IMG/VR virus record: IMGVR_UViG_3300008110_007313
Length of the DNA: 64,000 nucleotides
Reading direction: 5' to 3' (one strand)
Source: a virus
Taxonomy: Duplodnaviria > Caudoviricetes
The notes under the pieces were generated by a model. It saw only the letters and a list, made by a program, of their open reading frames with translations. It ran no database searches and had not been told where the DNA came from. A program made the position numbers and the translations under genes. Of the stretch, positions 34,413 through 43,672 are shown piece after piece (the stretch's first letter is position 1; every line of letters begins with the position of its first letter).

Positions 34413-35311
34413 TATCGTTTGGCTCGGCCCAGCGCAGCTGGTGCAGGTTCCATACCTGGTTCAGCCATGGCAGGATCTACAGGCATTTCGGCGCCCATGT
34501 CAGCACCAGCAGCGGCAGCCATGTCTCCTGCGGCAGCGCCCATGTCAGCACCAGCAGCGGCCATATCAGCACCGGCTGGTGGCATAGCAGCAGGTTGGCC
34601 AGTTACAACACCAAGGGCAGAATCAAGCTGTTGCTTGGCACCTTGGATGTTCTGCAACAGACCTGTGAGAGCGGCTGTGGCATCTTGATTAAACTGTGTG
34701 GCTTGGTCTATGCCAACTTGATTCTTGATCGAGTCAACCAGAGCTGGTAGTTCTTTGAACTGTAGTTCGCTTACATCTTCGACCATGCTTTGCATCTTGT
34801 CGACCATGTCTTGAGCAGCCAACACAACTTGAGCCTGTTGAATTTCGCTTTCGTTCAAACGGCGTGCCATTTTGCGGAAACGGCTTTCGGCCTGCATCAT
34901 TGCAGCACCGGCCACTAACTTTTGTTCTTCAGGATTCAATGTTTGGCCAGCTTGACTCTTCTTAAGAGCTGCTGCCAACTTAGGATCTTTAGCAATAGCA
35001 CCTTGCACCGCAGGTTTTTGTGCGGCTCCTGGCGTTGTTCCTGTTGCCGGCGCTGGAGTTGTTTGTGTTTGTTGCTGTGCTACCAAAGCCTGCTCAAGCA
35101 TGACCAGCTTGAGATATCCAGGATTTTTCTCACTGTGATGACGAGCGGTGCCCGAACGATGTTCAGCTAGCAGCCCACGAACACGAGTCAGTAGATGCTG
35201 TGTTTGACGACGGTTTAGGTTGTCAAACTGAATGGTAGAGCCAAAATAACTTTCGAATACTTTAGCAATTTGTTTTGTTGGCTGTGGTGCGGCCAGTTCG
35301 TGCAGTTTCAT
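34412..35311 (-). CDS. hypothetical protein, probable internal head protein
   Basis: MKLHEL start; internal LxE sites; AAGADM repeats. Confidence 0.7.
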   Translation of the reverse strand: MKLHELAAPQPTKQIAKVFESYFGSTIQFDNLNRRQTQHLLTRVRGLLAEHRSGTARHHSEKNPGYLKLVMLEQALVAQQQTQTTPAPATGTTPGAAQKPAVQGAIAKDPKLAAALKKSQAGQTLNPEEQKLVAGAAMMQAESRFRKMARRLNESEIQQAQVVLAAQDMVDKMQSMVEDVSELQFKELPALVDSIKNQVGIDQATQFNQDATAALTGLLQNIQGAKQQLDSALGVVTGQPAAMPPAGADMAAAGADMGAAAGDMAAAAGADMGAEMPVDPAMAEPGMEPAPAALGRAKR

Positions 35312-35759
35312 TTGCAAATCCTTTTAGTTGCCAATATTTAGCCGAATTTAAACATTTTTCTAATTCAGAATCTAGCATATTGAAGTAATCAATTTTGCGT
35401 TGAATCTTGGTGTTTACAGACTCTGCAAAGTCTGCGTTTCGGCTATGATTAGCTAGTTGTTGTCGGCAGTGAATATCCGCTGCCAAACTCTGACGTTTGT
35501 TGTCCAATATTTGTATGTTACGGGCTAGTGCATATCTTTGTAGTCGATCCGCTACGCACCAACTCATAGCCACACGTTTGCTGCCAAAAACTACAGTTTC
35601 GTTGTTTTTGACTTGAACAACAACATGTTCTTTTTTAGGTATGATTCTGTATTTGCCAAAAGCTGTGTAGCCGCCTGAACCGTCAGGTACAATCAGTTTG
35701 TCTTGCAACTGTTTGATTTCACGATCAGCAAACTTTTCTAGCTTTTGTGTACGATTCAT
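35262..35759 (-). CDS. hypothetical protein
   Basis: Start MNRTQKLEK. Confidence 0.7.
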   Translation of the reverse strand: MNRTQKLEKFADREIKQLQDKLIVPDGSGGYTAFGKYRIIPKKEHVVVQVKNNETVVFGSKRVAMSWCVADRLQRYALARNIQILDNKRQSLAADIHCRQQLANHSRNADFAESVNTKIQRKIDYFNMLDSELEKCLNSAKYWQLKGFANETARTGRTTANKTNC

Positions 35760-36019
35760 ACTATTACATAAGTTGTGATTAACCAGGCCACAGTAGCAGT
35801 CAATGCACCGATGATACCTATGCCCCAACCAATGAGCTGATTGTTTCTTTTTTCTGACATCTCATGTATGGCATTTTTGATAGCCTCAACAGACTGAGAT
35901 AAATTCTCAATCTTTTCGTCTAGAGTTTCCAGTTTGGTTTCTAGCAAACGGTAACGTTCAGCGCACAGTTCAACGTGCGCTTCTAGACTTTTCTTTTCAA
36001 TGTCAGTGGTATCAGGCAT
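35756..36019 (-). CDS. coiled-coil protein with C-terminal TM (holin/XhlA-like possible)
   Basis: 87 aa; LEAHVELCAERY, coiled coil, TM. Confidence 0.65.
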   Translation of the reverse strand: MPDTTDIEKKSLEAHVELCAERYRLLETKLETLDEKIENLSQSVEAIKNAIHEMSEKRNNQLIGWGIGIIGALTATVAWLITTYVIV

Positions 36020-36455
36020 ATGGTCCGTCCAATGCTTTATTTATGGGCTCAAACCAAATGTTTGTATCAGGTCCTGAAGTTATCAACACTGTGTTAGACG
36101 TCTTGGTTTCTTTGAGTCCTGTGATCATTGGCACATTGTCACACTCATTGATCAACGAATCAAAATCGTTTTCCTGTCCACTTAAACTATAGACCAAGGG
36201 CTGATCAACTTCAAACTCAAAATGCCAAACACCATTGTTGCACTGTGCTGGTGCAATGTCAACTGGCTGTGTTCGCAAACTTATCAATTGATTGATAGTT
36301 TCCCAGTTACGTTGTTGATTACGGCTGAAATTCCAAGACGCTTGATCAGTCACTGGTTGACCCGCCTTGTCTTTAAACGGCATGCTAGAAGTTCTATAAT
36401 GACCAGTGACACCTGTTGGACTGCAATCAAACAAGGTCTTACATAATATTTTCAT
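36012..36455 (-). CDS. hypothetical protein
   Basis: 147 aa preceded by TAAATA. Confidence 0.75.
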   Translation of the reverse strand: MKILCKTLFDCSPTGVTGHYRTSSMPFKDKAGQPVTDQASWNFSRNQQRNWETINQLISLRTQPVDIAPAQCNNGVWHFEFEVDQPLVYSLSGQENDFDSLINECDNVPMITGLKETKTSNTVLITSGPDTNIWFEPINKALDGPYA

Positions 36456-36480
36456 TCTACAGGTATTTAACGGCCAACAA

Positions 36481-36510
36481 AAAACCCAGGATATTTCTAA
36501 CCTGGGTTTT
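36481..36510 (-). terminator. intrinsic terminator
   Basis: AAAACCCAGG/CCTGGGTTTT stem. Confidence 0.8.
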
Positions 36511-36529
36511 GTTGTTAATCAGTGATTGA

Positions 36530-36931
36530 TTAGGTCGATAGCTTGAAGCCAACGCTTGTGCAGCTATCTAACTGATAACCTGTGTAGGTAATGTTAGCAG
36601 CAGCCAAGAACACAGCGGCGCTGGTGTTAGTTGTAGCATTAGCAAAAGCGCCGGTTGGGTATGTAGCGAAGCTCAATACTGTACCGTCAACTTGATACAT
36701 AGCGATTGTAGCAGTTTGTTGGATAGCGTTGATAACGTTAGCAACATACTCTTGCACGCCTTGTTGTGACACAACAGTAGTGTTAGCAACAGCGCGGAAG
36801 AAGTCCAGTTTAGGACCAGCAGGTTGAACTGGAGTAGCAGCGGTAGATGCAGAAGCAGCTACAGGACCGTTTTGTACGTCAAGTGCAAATACTGGTTGTA
36901 CGTCACCATTTACAGGGGTAATATAAGCCAT
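36530..36931 (-). CDS. probable virion structural protein
   Basis: A/T/V-rich 133 aa; TAAATA late promoter, strong SD, own terminator. Confidence 0.7.
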   Translation of the reverse strand: MAYITPVNGDVQPVFALDVQNGPVAASASTAATPVQPAGPKLDFFRAVANTTVVSQQGVQEYVANVINAIQQTATIAMYQVDGTVLSFATYPTGAFANATTNTSAAVFLAAANITYTGYQLDSCTSVGFKLST

Positions 36932-36994
36932 TTTAATTTTCCTTTAAGTTTGTGGTCTCGGTGGACCTGCTTTTATTTAGCCTTTTGGCAAAAA

Positions 36995-38884
36995 TCAAGC
37001 ACCTTGAGGGTTATTTCTCTGTCGATTTTGAGCAGCAAAAGCATTGGGATCAAAGCGATTTACTGCCTTAGCATAGCCTGCAGGAGTGGCCATTACCCAG
37101 CCTTCTTGCCCGGGATGCTCTAGATCTGCTTGACGCAAGATGTCCATCTTTAAATCGTGCAACAATAAGAATGCAGTAAATGCCGCTGCCAATGCAGGTG
37201 TATTTGAGCTAGGACTTTCTAAGTATTCTACAATGTTGCGGAACTTACTGGGTGTTACTTTGCGTTGCAACCATTCGCCGAACTCGGGCAATAGTGTATT
37301 AGGATTCAATGGAGTACCAACCTTGGTGTTGATATAGTCCACACATAACTTGGCAAGGTCAGTGATCCGGTGTGCTCGTAGTTCTGTAGGATTAAACAGA
37401 GTAGAGATGGCAGCACCATCTGTGCGAATCAACTGTTTGAGTTGTTTTACTTTGGCAGGTTCCGCAGACAGTGCCGAGGGCGTCGCAGGACGCTCTAACA
37501 TCAAGCCCGGAACTTCGTTAAATGCTACACCTTTGAGAGGCTGACGTGCATCTCCTGCATCCGAGTACATGCTATGTACAGCGATACCAATATCACTGTT
37601 TCCAATGCGTTGCCCTAAGTTACTTCGAGCTGGAATTTTATACTCAATAGTGTTAGGTTGAAACACATAATTGCCTGCGATTTCTGGGGGTGTGTTTGCG
37701 TACAGCAAATCACCTTTGACATAGCCACGGAAGTTGGGAGGTAAACTAGCTTCTAGTACAGGGAACAACTTTGTGTACAAGTTAATAATGCCAGTGCGAT
37801 CGCCTTTTCTGGTGTTTTGAATCTGTGCCATCATTTGAGGACTAGTAGCAAGGCCATCGTAGCCCTTGGCTTCAAATCCTGATCCGTCAGTTAACACAAA
37901 CTCGCCTGTGGAGGGTTTACGACCCCAGATTATAGCAGGCATACCGTCCCATTTGGCAGTGGTGGTTTTTGCAGGTGATTCAGTGGCATGCTTGACAATT
38001 TCTAGTGCTCGCTGAATGCCAGCTGTGCCTTCTCGAAATACCCAGTCTTCAAGATGTTCAATGCCCTTGGCACGGCCACCTACACTGGCCTGTTCAGCTT
38101 CCAGTATGGGTTGCATGCCTTGATTTACAATACGATCCCGCAGGCGTCCCAGGAATCCAGCATCGCTTTCCCGCACAGATGTTTGAGGTTCTTTGAGACC
38201 TTGTTTGGCCAAATAGTCGCGGAAATCTCGAAGCATAGCATCACTGTCGGGGTTGTTGGCCAAGGCAGCGTAAATGCTTTCCACACTCTTGAGATTGTTT
38301 CTGTTGTAACCTCGCCCTAGAACCCATTGAGCAAATTGATCAGGATTTGTGCTGATCACTTCATTGGTTGTTCGATTGAGTACGCCGTTACTGCCTACTT
38401 TGAGTCCATGATGTTTGGCCATGCTGGACCATAGCACAGCACGGTTCATGCCTTTGTATTCGGTATTGTCTGCGCCACCGTAGTAGAACTGTCCCCAATC
38501 CAAGTCGGGGAAGAACATAAAATCTGTTTGAACAAAACCACGATCTGGATCACCAGCAATGGGAGTTCGAAAATGCACTTCTCCTGCCTTGCGAACATAT
38601 TCGCGAGGATCTTGTCCTTGACTTTGCACAAACTGTGTGAGCGTGGCAGCAAGTTGATCCTTGGTAATTTTGTTGGCATCCACACCAAGGTCGAGATCGC
38701 CCGAAGTAGGCTTGCGCCCGGTTGATCCTAGTTGACGTTCTTCAGGAAACTTTAAACCTGTGACTTGTTCAACCCAGGCAATGGTTGCAGGTACGTCAGC
38801 TTGGTTGATGCGTTGTGTCAGCGGCTCACCGTCTTTGCTCTTGAATACGTTACCACCTTCCAACAAAGTTTTCAATAACTTCAT
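36995..38884 (-). CDS. Pol-beta-type nucleotidyltransferase fused to RNA-ligase-like adenylation domain
   Basis: LGSTGRKPTSGDLDL and VQTDF; KWDG, KGDLLY, EGWV, KAVNR. Confidence 0.7.
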   Translation of the reverse strand: MKLLKTLLEGGNVFKSKDGEPLTQRINQADVPATIAWVEQVTGLKFPEERQLGSTGRKPTSGDLDLGVDANKITKDQLAATLTQFVQSQGQDPREYVRKAGEVHFRTPIAGDPDRGFVQTDFMFFPDLDWGQFYYGGADNTEYKGMNRAVLWSSMAKHHGLKVGSNGVLNRTTNEVISTNPDQFAQWVLGRGYNRNNLKSVESIYAALANNPDSDAMLRDFRDYLAKQGLKEPQTSVRESDAGFLGRLRDRIVNQGMQPILEAEQASVGGRAKGIEHLEDWVFREGTAGIQRALEIVKHATESPAKTTTAKWDGMPAIIWGRKPSTGEFVLTDGSGFEAKGYDGLATSPQMMAQIQNTRKGDRTGIINLYTKLFPVLEASLPPNFRGYVKGDLLYANTPPEIAGNYVFQPNTIEYKIPARSNLGQRIGNSDIGIAVHSMYSDAGDARQPLKGVAFNEVPGLMLERPATPSALSAEPAKVKQLKQLIRTDGAAISTLFNPTELRAHRITDLAKLCVDYINTKVGTPLNPNTLLPEFGEWLQRKVTPSKFRNIVEYLESPSSNTPALAAAFTAFLLLHDLKMDILRQADLEHPGQEGWVMATPAGYAKAVNRFDPNAFAAQNRQRNNPQGA

Positions 38885-39615
38885 GGCTTGCCACCTGCCT
38901 GCTGTTGTAAACTCTGCATGGCTTGAGCATGCACAGGATCTTTGGCATTAAAGGGTTGTCCATTTACCAGCCAATTTCCACGTGTGTCTTGCGTGAGTTT
39001 TATCTGCCCTTTTTGTTGTGTTTGGCCGCCACTGCTACGGGGATCAAACTGTGAAATCTGTTTAGCAGGAGCAATGCCATCTCGAACAATGTCAGTCCAG
39101 GCAGCAGCCAGTTGTGGGGTGTTGTTGCCAGGCTTGACTGTGGCGTTCATTACAGCGTCAATGCCTTTGTCAATGGCTTCTTTTGCTGCATCGGCAGCCC
39201 CTTTAACTGTGGGGTCATCGCCTACTGAATTAGGCAAGCCAGCATAATCTGCGTTGGGCCCAATGGAATTGTTGACCAAAGTCACCAGCTGCGGTTTGAT
39301 TGCGTTAAAGCTGGCTGGGCTCATTGCACTGAGATTGGTAGTTGGATTACCAGCTGCATCCTTGGTCCTGCTCATGAACTCTTGCACAGCTTGAGCCCAA
39401 GCAGCTTGTAGTTGTGTGGCCAGTGGCCCTACCAGTGCTTGATTGGCCTTGAAGGCTGCCATCCTAGAATTGGCGCCAGAGCCAGCTGGATCAAAAGCAG
39501 GGCTACCGGTTTGGCTCTGTACAAACTTGTTGAATCCAGCCTTGGCAATGCCACTGGCTAGTGCACCAACAATTTCGTTAACTCTTTTTGGCTGAGTTAT
39601 TTCAAAGATTTGCAT
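38881..39615 (-). CDS. hypothetical protein, probable internal head protein
   Basis: MQIFEI N-terminus. Confidence 0.7.
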   Translation of the reverse strand: MQIFEITQPKRVNEIVGALASGIAKAGFNKFVQSQTGSPAFDPAGSGANSRMAAFKANQALVGPLATQLQAAWAQAVQEFMSRTKDAAGNPTTNLSAMSPASFNAIKPQLVTLVNNSIGPNADYAGLPNSVGDDPTVKGAADAAKEAIDKGIDAVMNATVKPGNNTPQLAAAWTDIVRDGIAPAKQISQFDPRSSGGQTQQKGQIKLTQDTRGNWLVNGQPFNAKDPVHAQAMQSLQQQAGGKP

Positions 39616-39862
39616 CTGTTTTCCTTACGCTGCGATTGAATTTGCCAGCATCTTTTGTTCTTATTGCATTTAACAATTTTCTTGTGAGATTTTCTGCTTG
39701 GTCAGCAGGAAACTCAGCTTCTATTTGTTCTACTAAGCGAATAGCAGAAGCGATCACGTTGCTGGCACGATTTTCAATGATCAAGCGACGATCGCGCTGA
39801 GCATATTTTTTGTCGTACAAGCCATCTAATTCTTCTAAGATGCTGCGAGTTTTTTTCTGCAT
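39602..39862 (-). CDS. hypothetical protein
   Basis: 86 aa; MQKKTRSILEEL; TAAATA upstream. Confidence 0.8.
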   Translation of the reverse strand: MQKKTRSILEELDGLYDKKYAQRDRRLIIENRASNVIASAIRLVEQIEAEFPADQAENLTRKLLNAIRTKDAGKFNRSVRKTDANL

Positions 39863-39938
39863 TGTTTAGGACCTTTGGATTATTTAGCGGGTTTCCAGTT
39901 CTAATAAATATCTAAATGCGTATCGCAAAGGAAAACTT

Positions 39939-41810
39939 ATGACCAGTCAGATCAACCCAACAGCAATCAATGATCAATATCCTGTGGCTGCCCAGCCCAA
40001 CAATACCCAAGGATTCAGAGATAATTTCGCCGGCACTAAAACTAATTTTGAATATGCCGCAGAAGAAATCACAGAGCTTCAAACCAAATCAATTTTAAAC
40101 GCTGCCTTGGACAATGGATCTTCTCTGAGTACACAAAACAACATGTTGGGTGCGCCTTTGATTGGCGCTAAGATACGTAATTTTAGTGCTGATTCAGTGA
40201 ACATTGCAACCACTTCGGGCCCAATTATATTAGATTATAGTCAAGGACATTATCAGCGTATTGCAACCACAGGCAACATTAACTTAGGCTTTAGTAACTT
40301 TGCGCCTTCAGGTAGTTTTAGCAGCATACGAGTACAGGTCATTGTTGATGCTGTTGGCCGTACCATGGCTCTTAGCCCTTACGTAACGCTAGGCACAGAC
40401 GGCATTCAGGGCTATGCCAGTGGTACTATTACTTTTGCCGAAGCAGGCACTTATCAATTTGGGTTTACAACATCTGACTCAGGCGCCACTATCACAATTC
40501 AGGATTTAAATCGCCCATTGAGTGATTACACCAATCCTGTGACAATTGCCAGCACCGAGCCTAGTATCAGCATTACCTCAGGTGCGCTGGTAGTTGCTGG
40601 CGGTGTTGGCGTTGCTGGTAATCTTTATGTGGACGGCAACATTGTTGGAAACTTTGTAGCCACCACTCAAACATTTGCCGGTAACTTAACTGGTGGAAAT
40701 CTATTGACCAGTGGCATAATGAGTGCCACAGGCAATGTCTCTGGCGGTAACATTAGAACCACAGGGCAAGTTTCAGCCACAGGCAACGTTACTGGAGCTT
40801 ATATCATCGGTGATGGTAGTCAATTGACCAATATCACTGTGTCCGGTGGATCAGCCATTGTCAACGGAACCAGTAATGTAAGAGCAATTGCCAACAGTAA
40901 TATCACTATTGGAATTGGCGGATCAAACGTTGCTGTATGGGCCAACACAGGTGGTTTTGTAACTGGTTTAATCAGCGCCACAGGTAACATCACTGGCGGC
41001 AACCTTAGGACTGCTGGACAAGTTTCAGCCACAGGCAACATCACTGGCGGTAACATTCTAGCAGGTTCGGGAGTTGGAGTTGGCGGCGATGTTGGAGTTG
41101 GCGGCATTATATTTGCAAATGGCAACATCAACACCAACACCTCATTCAACGCTGTTGGCAATATTGTTGGTTCTTATTTCATTGGCAACGGAGCATTTTT
41201 ATCAGGCCTGTCTAGTACTTCAAGAATCACAGCAGGTACCACAGAATTGGGCGTTTCTACCCCAAGTGGTAATATTCAGGCAACCGTTGGAGGCACAGCA
41301 AACATAGCCGTAATTTCCACGCAAGGTATAGATATCACTGGAAACGTAACAGCCTCTGCTAACTTAGAAGGTGTTGGTGTCAGTGTCACTGGCAACGTCA
41401 CTGGTGGCAATCTACGCAGCAACGGTTTGATCAGTGCTGCTGGTAACATCACTGGCGGTAACATTGCAGGTACTGGCAATGTATCGTTGGTTGGCAACGT
41501 GATTGCTGGAAACTTGACCACTGGTGCACAAATGGTTGCACTTGGCAACGTCACTGGCGGTAACATTGTTACCAACGGTCAGGTGCGCTCTTTCAACGGT
41601 ACTGCTGTTTCAGCAGGAGGCACAGCTGGAGCAGGATACGTATTTTCAACTACTGCAAACTTTGGTGTATTCTTTGGATCAGGTGCACCAACATTGGCCG
41701 CAGCCAAAGGATCATTGTACCTACGCAGTGACGGTACTACCACCAACGATCGCATGTACGTAAACACCAATGGCTCTACTACCTGGACCGCAGTAATTAC
41801 TGCAAGTTAA
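39939..41810 (+). CDS. tail-fibre/baseplate-type repeat protein
   Basis: YPVAAQPNNTQGFRDNF N-terminus; many GN(I/V)TGGN(I/L) repeats; C-terminal GSLYLRSDG module. Confidence 0.8.
   Translation: MTSQINPTAINDQYPVAAQPNNTQGFRDNFAGTKTNFEYAAEEITELQTKSILNAALDNGSSLSTQNNMLGAPLIGAKIRNFSADSVNIATTSGPIILDYSQGHYQRIATTGNINLGFSNFAPSGSFSSIRVQVIVDAVGRTMALSPYVTLGTDGIQGYASGTITFAEAGTYQFGFTTSDSGATITIQDLNRPLSDYTNPVTIASTEPSISITSGALVVAGGVGVAGNLYVDGNIVGNFVATTQTFAGNLTGGNLLTSGIMSATGNVSGGNIRTTGQVSATGNVTGAYIIGDGSQLTNITVSGGSAIVNGTSNVRAIANSNITIGIGGSNVAVWANTGGFVTGLISATGNITGGNLRTAGQVSATGNITGGNILAGSGVGVGGDVGVGGIIFANGNINTNTSFNAVGNIVGSYFIGNGAFLSGLSSTSRITAGTTELGVSTPSGNIQATVGGTANIAVISTQGIDITGNVTASANLEGVGVSVTGNVTGGNLRSNGLISAAGNITGGNIAGTGNVSLVGNVIAGNLTTGAQMVALGNVTGGNIVTNGQVRSFNGTAVSAGGTAGAGYVFSTTANFGVFFGSGAPTLAAAKGSLYLRSDGTTTNDRMYVNTNGSTTWTAVITAS
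40660..41570 (+). repeat. degenerate coding repeats GGCAAC(A/G)TCACTGGCGG(T/C)AAC
   Basis: About seven to eight imperfect copies encoding GNITGGN; irregular spacing. Confidence 0.75.
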
Positions 41811-42987
41811 TCAATTCCCAAAATTCAGGGAAAGTACTAGCTAGATCTTGTTGTCGCAACAGATCTAGCTTTTTTGTTGACTCAAGAAATTTGTCCCACT
41901 GCTGTGGCTGATTTTCCAAAGGCATGTCCATGAAATCCATGATGCTAGTGATTTGCCAGTTGGGCTGTTGTGATTCAAGTTGACTACGTATTGTTTGTTT
42001 GACTGTGTCTGGCAGTGCTCGAACATTGAGATAGTGTGGATGATGCACCATGTTAAAAAACACAGGAATTTCTCGATCGCAGAAATACTGTTGTATTTGC
42101 ATCACGTATAAAATGTTCAAAGCACACACTGTAACACAGATGTGCATTTTAATGTTGGGGCTGGTTCTGACCAACTGTCGATAACGCAATACGTTCTTTT
42201 CAACTGTGCTCCACGTTTCACCATATCGAATATAATCAAAGTGTGGTCCAATACCATCTATGCTAATATCAATGTTTACTGATTTAAACTGTTTGATGAT
42301 ATCAATGTACTCAGGATTCCAAATGGTACCATTGGTATTGATATGCAACCCTTGATCTCGGCATCGACCGCTGTCAACACTCTGTTGCAAAATATGAAAT
42401 ACTTTGTCCAACAACATAGGCTCAGCACCGTAGATGTCATAGTACTCTACATCAGTGAACCAGGTTGCTAGATCTGTCCATAGCTGTGTGTTTTCGTCGC
42501 TGTAGCTGCTGCGAATTCTGCCCCAGGAAGCTAGATATTTCTTATAGTCTGGTTCCCATTTTTGAGCTTCAATTTCCCAGTAGTCGCGATACCATTTGCT
42601 AGAAACCTCAGGCCAGCATGTTCTGCAGGCTAAATTGCAGGTGTTACCAGGTTTAAGGTCCACCAGTTGTGGCTTGTGACCTGTGATCACTAGATCTTTA
42701 AATTGTTCATTGGCCACTTGTCTGCGGCTGCTTCTTCCTGCTGCTTCTTCATTCCAGCAAGCACTGCAATTTGGATGTTGGATCCCTTGTTCTAGATCTC
42801 GCTTTATCTCATAGCGTGTAGAACTGTTCCAAGCCTGTTCCATAGTATGTGTATCAAGAAAAATTTCCTGACCTTCTGGGTCTCGTAGATAAGTTTGACT
42901 GTGACAACACAGCAGGCACCGTCCTGAATTGTGTAATGCAATCCCAGAATCTGCCCAAACACAATATAAACCTTTGTCTTTTTCCAT
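41797..42987 (-). CDS. radical SAM protein with N-terminal twitch-like domain
   Basis: CNLACRTC, GAEPML, NTNGT. Confidence 0.9.
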   Translation of the reverse strand: MEKDKGLYCVWADSGIALHNSGRCLLCCHSQTYLRDPEGQEIFLDTHTMEQAWNSSTRYEIKRDLEQGIQHPNCSACWNEEAAGRSSRRQVANEQFKDLVITGHKPQLVDLKPGNTCNLACRTCWPEVSSKWYRDYWEIEAQKWEPDYKKYLASWGRIRSSYSDENTQLWTDLATWFTDVEYYDIYGAEPMLLDKVFHILQQSVDSGRCRDQGLHINTNGTIWNPEYIDIIKQFKSVNIDISIDGIGPHFDYIRYGETWSTVEKNVLRYRQLVRTSPNIKMHICVTVCALNILYVMQIQQYFCDREIPVFFNMVHHPHYLNVRALPDTVKQTIRSQLESQQPNWQITSIMDFMDMPLENQPQQWDKFLESTKKLDLLRQQDLASTFPEFWELINLQ

Positions 42988-43012
42988 GATGTCCTTTGAT
43001 TAAACCTTAAAT

Positions 43013-43672
43013 ATGTATGATATGTCAGAACTTACTACAATTTTTACTCCCATTAGATATCTGGTCAGCAAACTGCATTTAAAAATGCCCTGGACCTACG
43101 AAGAAGTCGTTGCTGAACTTGAAACAGAAGATTGGAAGCCGCATGGAGAAGTTGCTCCTGTAGGGCACAATCCATGGCCTGGAATGCGTTACAAAGTTCT
43201 ACGCCCTCGTGAAGAAAACAAAAAGCTAGTAGCAATCAGCAGATATTTTAACAGTCTCAAATTCAAACAACAAGTAGTTGACTGGATGTATGACAATTAT
43301 CCAGGCACCGACGTGGCCTGGGGCATGGACCGTGACACCATGTTTCGACAAAGTCAAACGCACATTGAGTTTACTCGTGACATGCCAGGCTTTGTCAACG
43401 CACTACACACAGACTATCGCAAACTGATTGCCACTGGCATGGTCTACTTCAGCAATCACGACACTGAAGATCTCAGCAGTTATTTCTACAAATCAGAAAA
43501 CCGAGATGAACCTGTGCGTATGACCACTGAGTTTGGCGACGGTTGGTGGCACCAAAATGGTAATTACACCTGGCACGAAGGATGGAATCGTACTGATCAG
43601 GTGCGCTACAGTGGACTTCTAGGGCTTACTATATACACCAGCGACGCACCTGTTTGGCCAGGGCAGAATTAA
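43013..43672 (+). CDS. 2OG-Fe(II) oxygenase-like protein
   Basis: LHTD..WHEG..R. Confidence 0.55.
   Translation: MYDMSELTTIFTPIRYLVSKLHLKMPWTYEEVVAELETEDWKPHGEVAPVGHNPWPGMRYKVLRPREENKKLVAISRYFNSLKFKQQVVDWMYDNYPGTDVAWGMDRDTMFRQSQTHIEFTRDMPGFVNALHTDYRKLIATGMVYFSNHDTEDLSSYFYKSENRDEPVRMTTEFGDGWWHQNGNYTWHEGWNRTDQVRYSGLLGLTIYTSDAPVWPGQN

Noticed and set aside
34490-34580. Direct repeats ATGTCAGCACCAGCAGCGGC
   Set aside because: Explained by low-complexity AAGADM coding repeats
27937-41810. Diversity-generating retroelement suggested by the Mtd-like domain and repeats
   Set aside because: No reverse transcriptase and no TR/VR pair differing only at adenines
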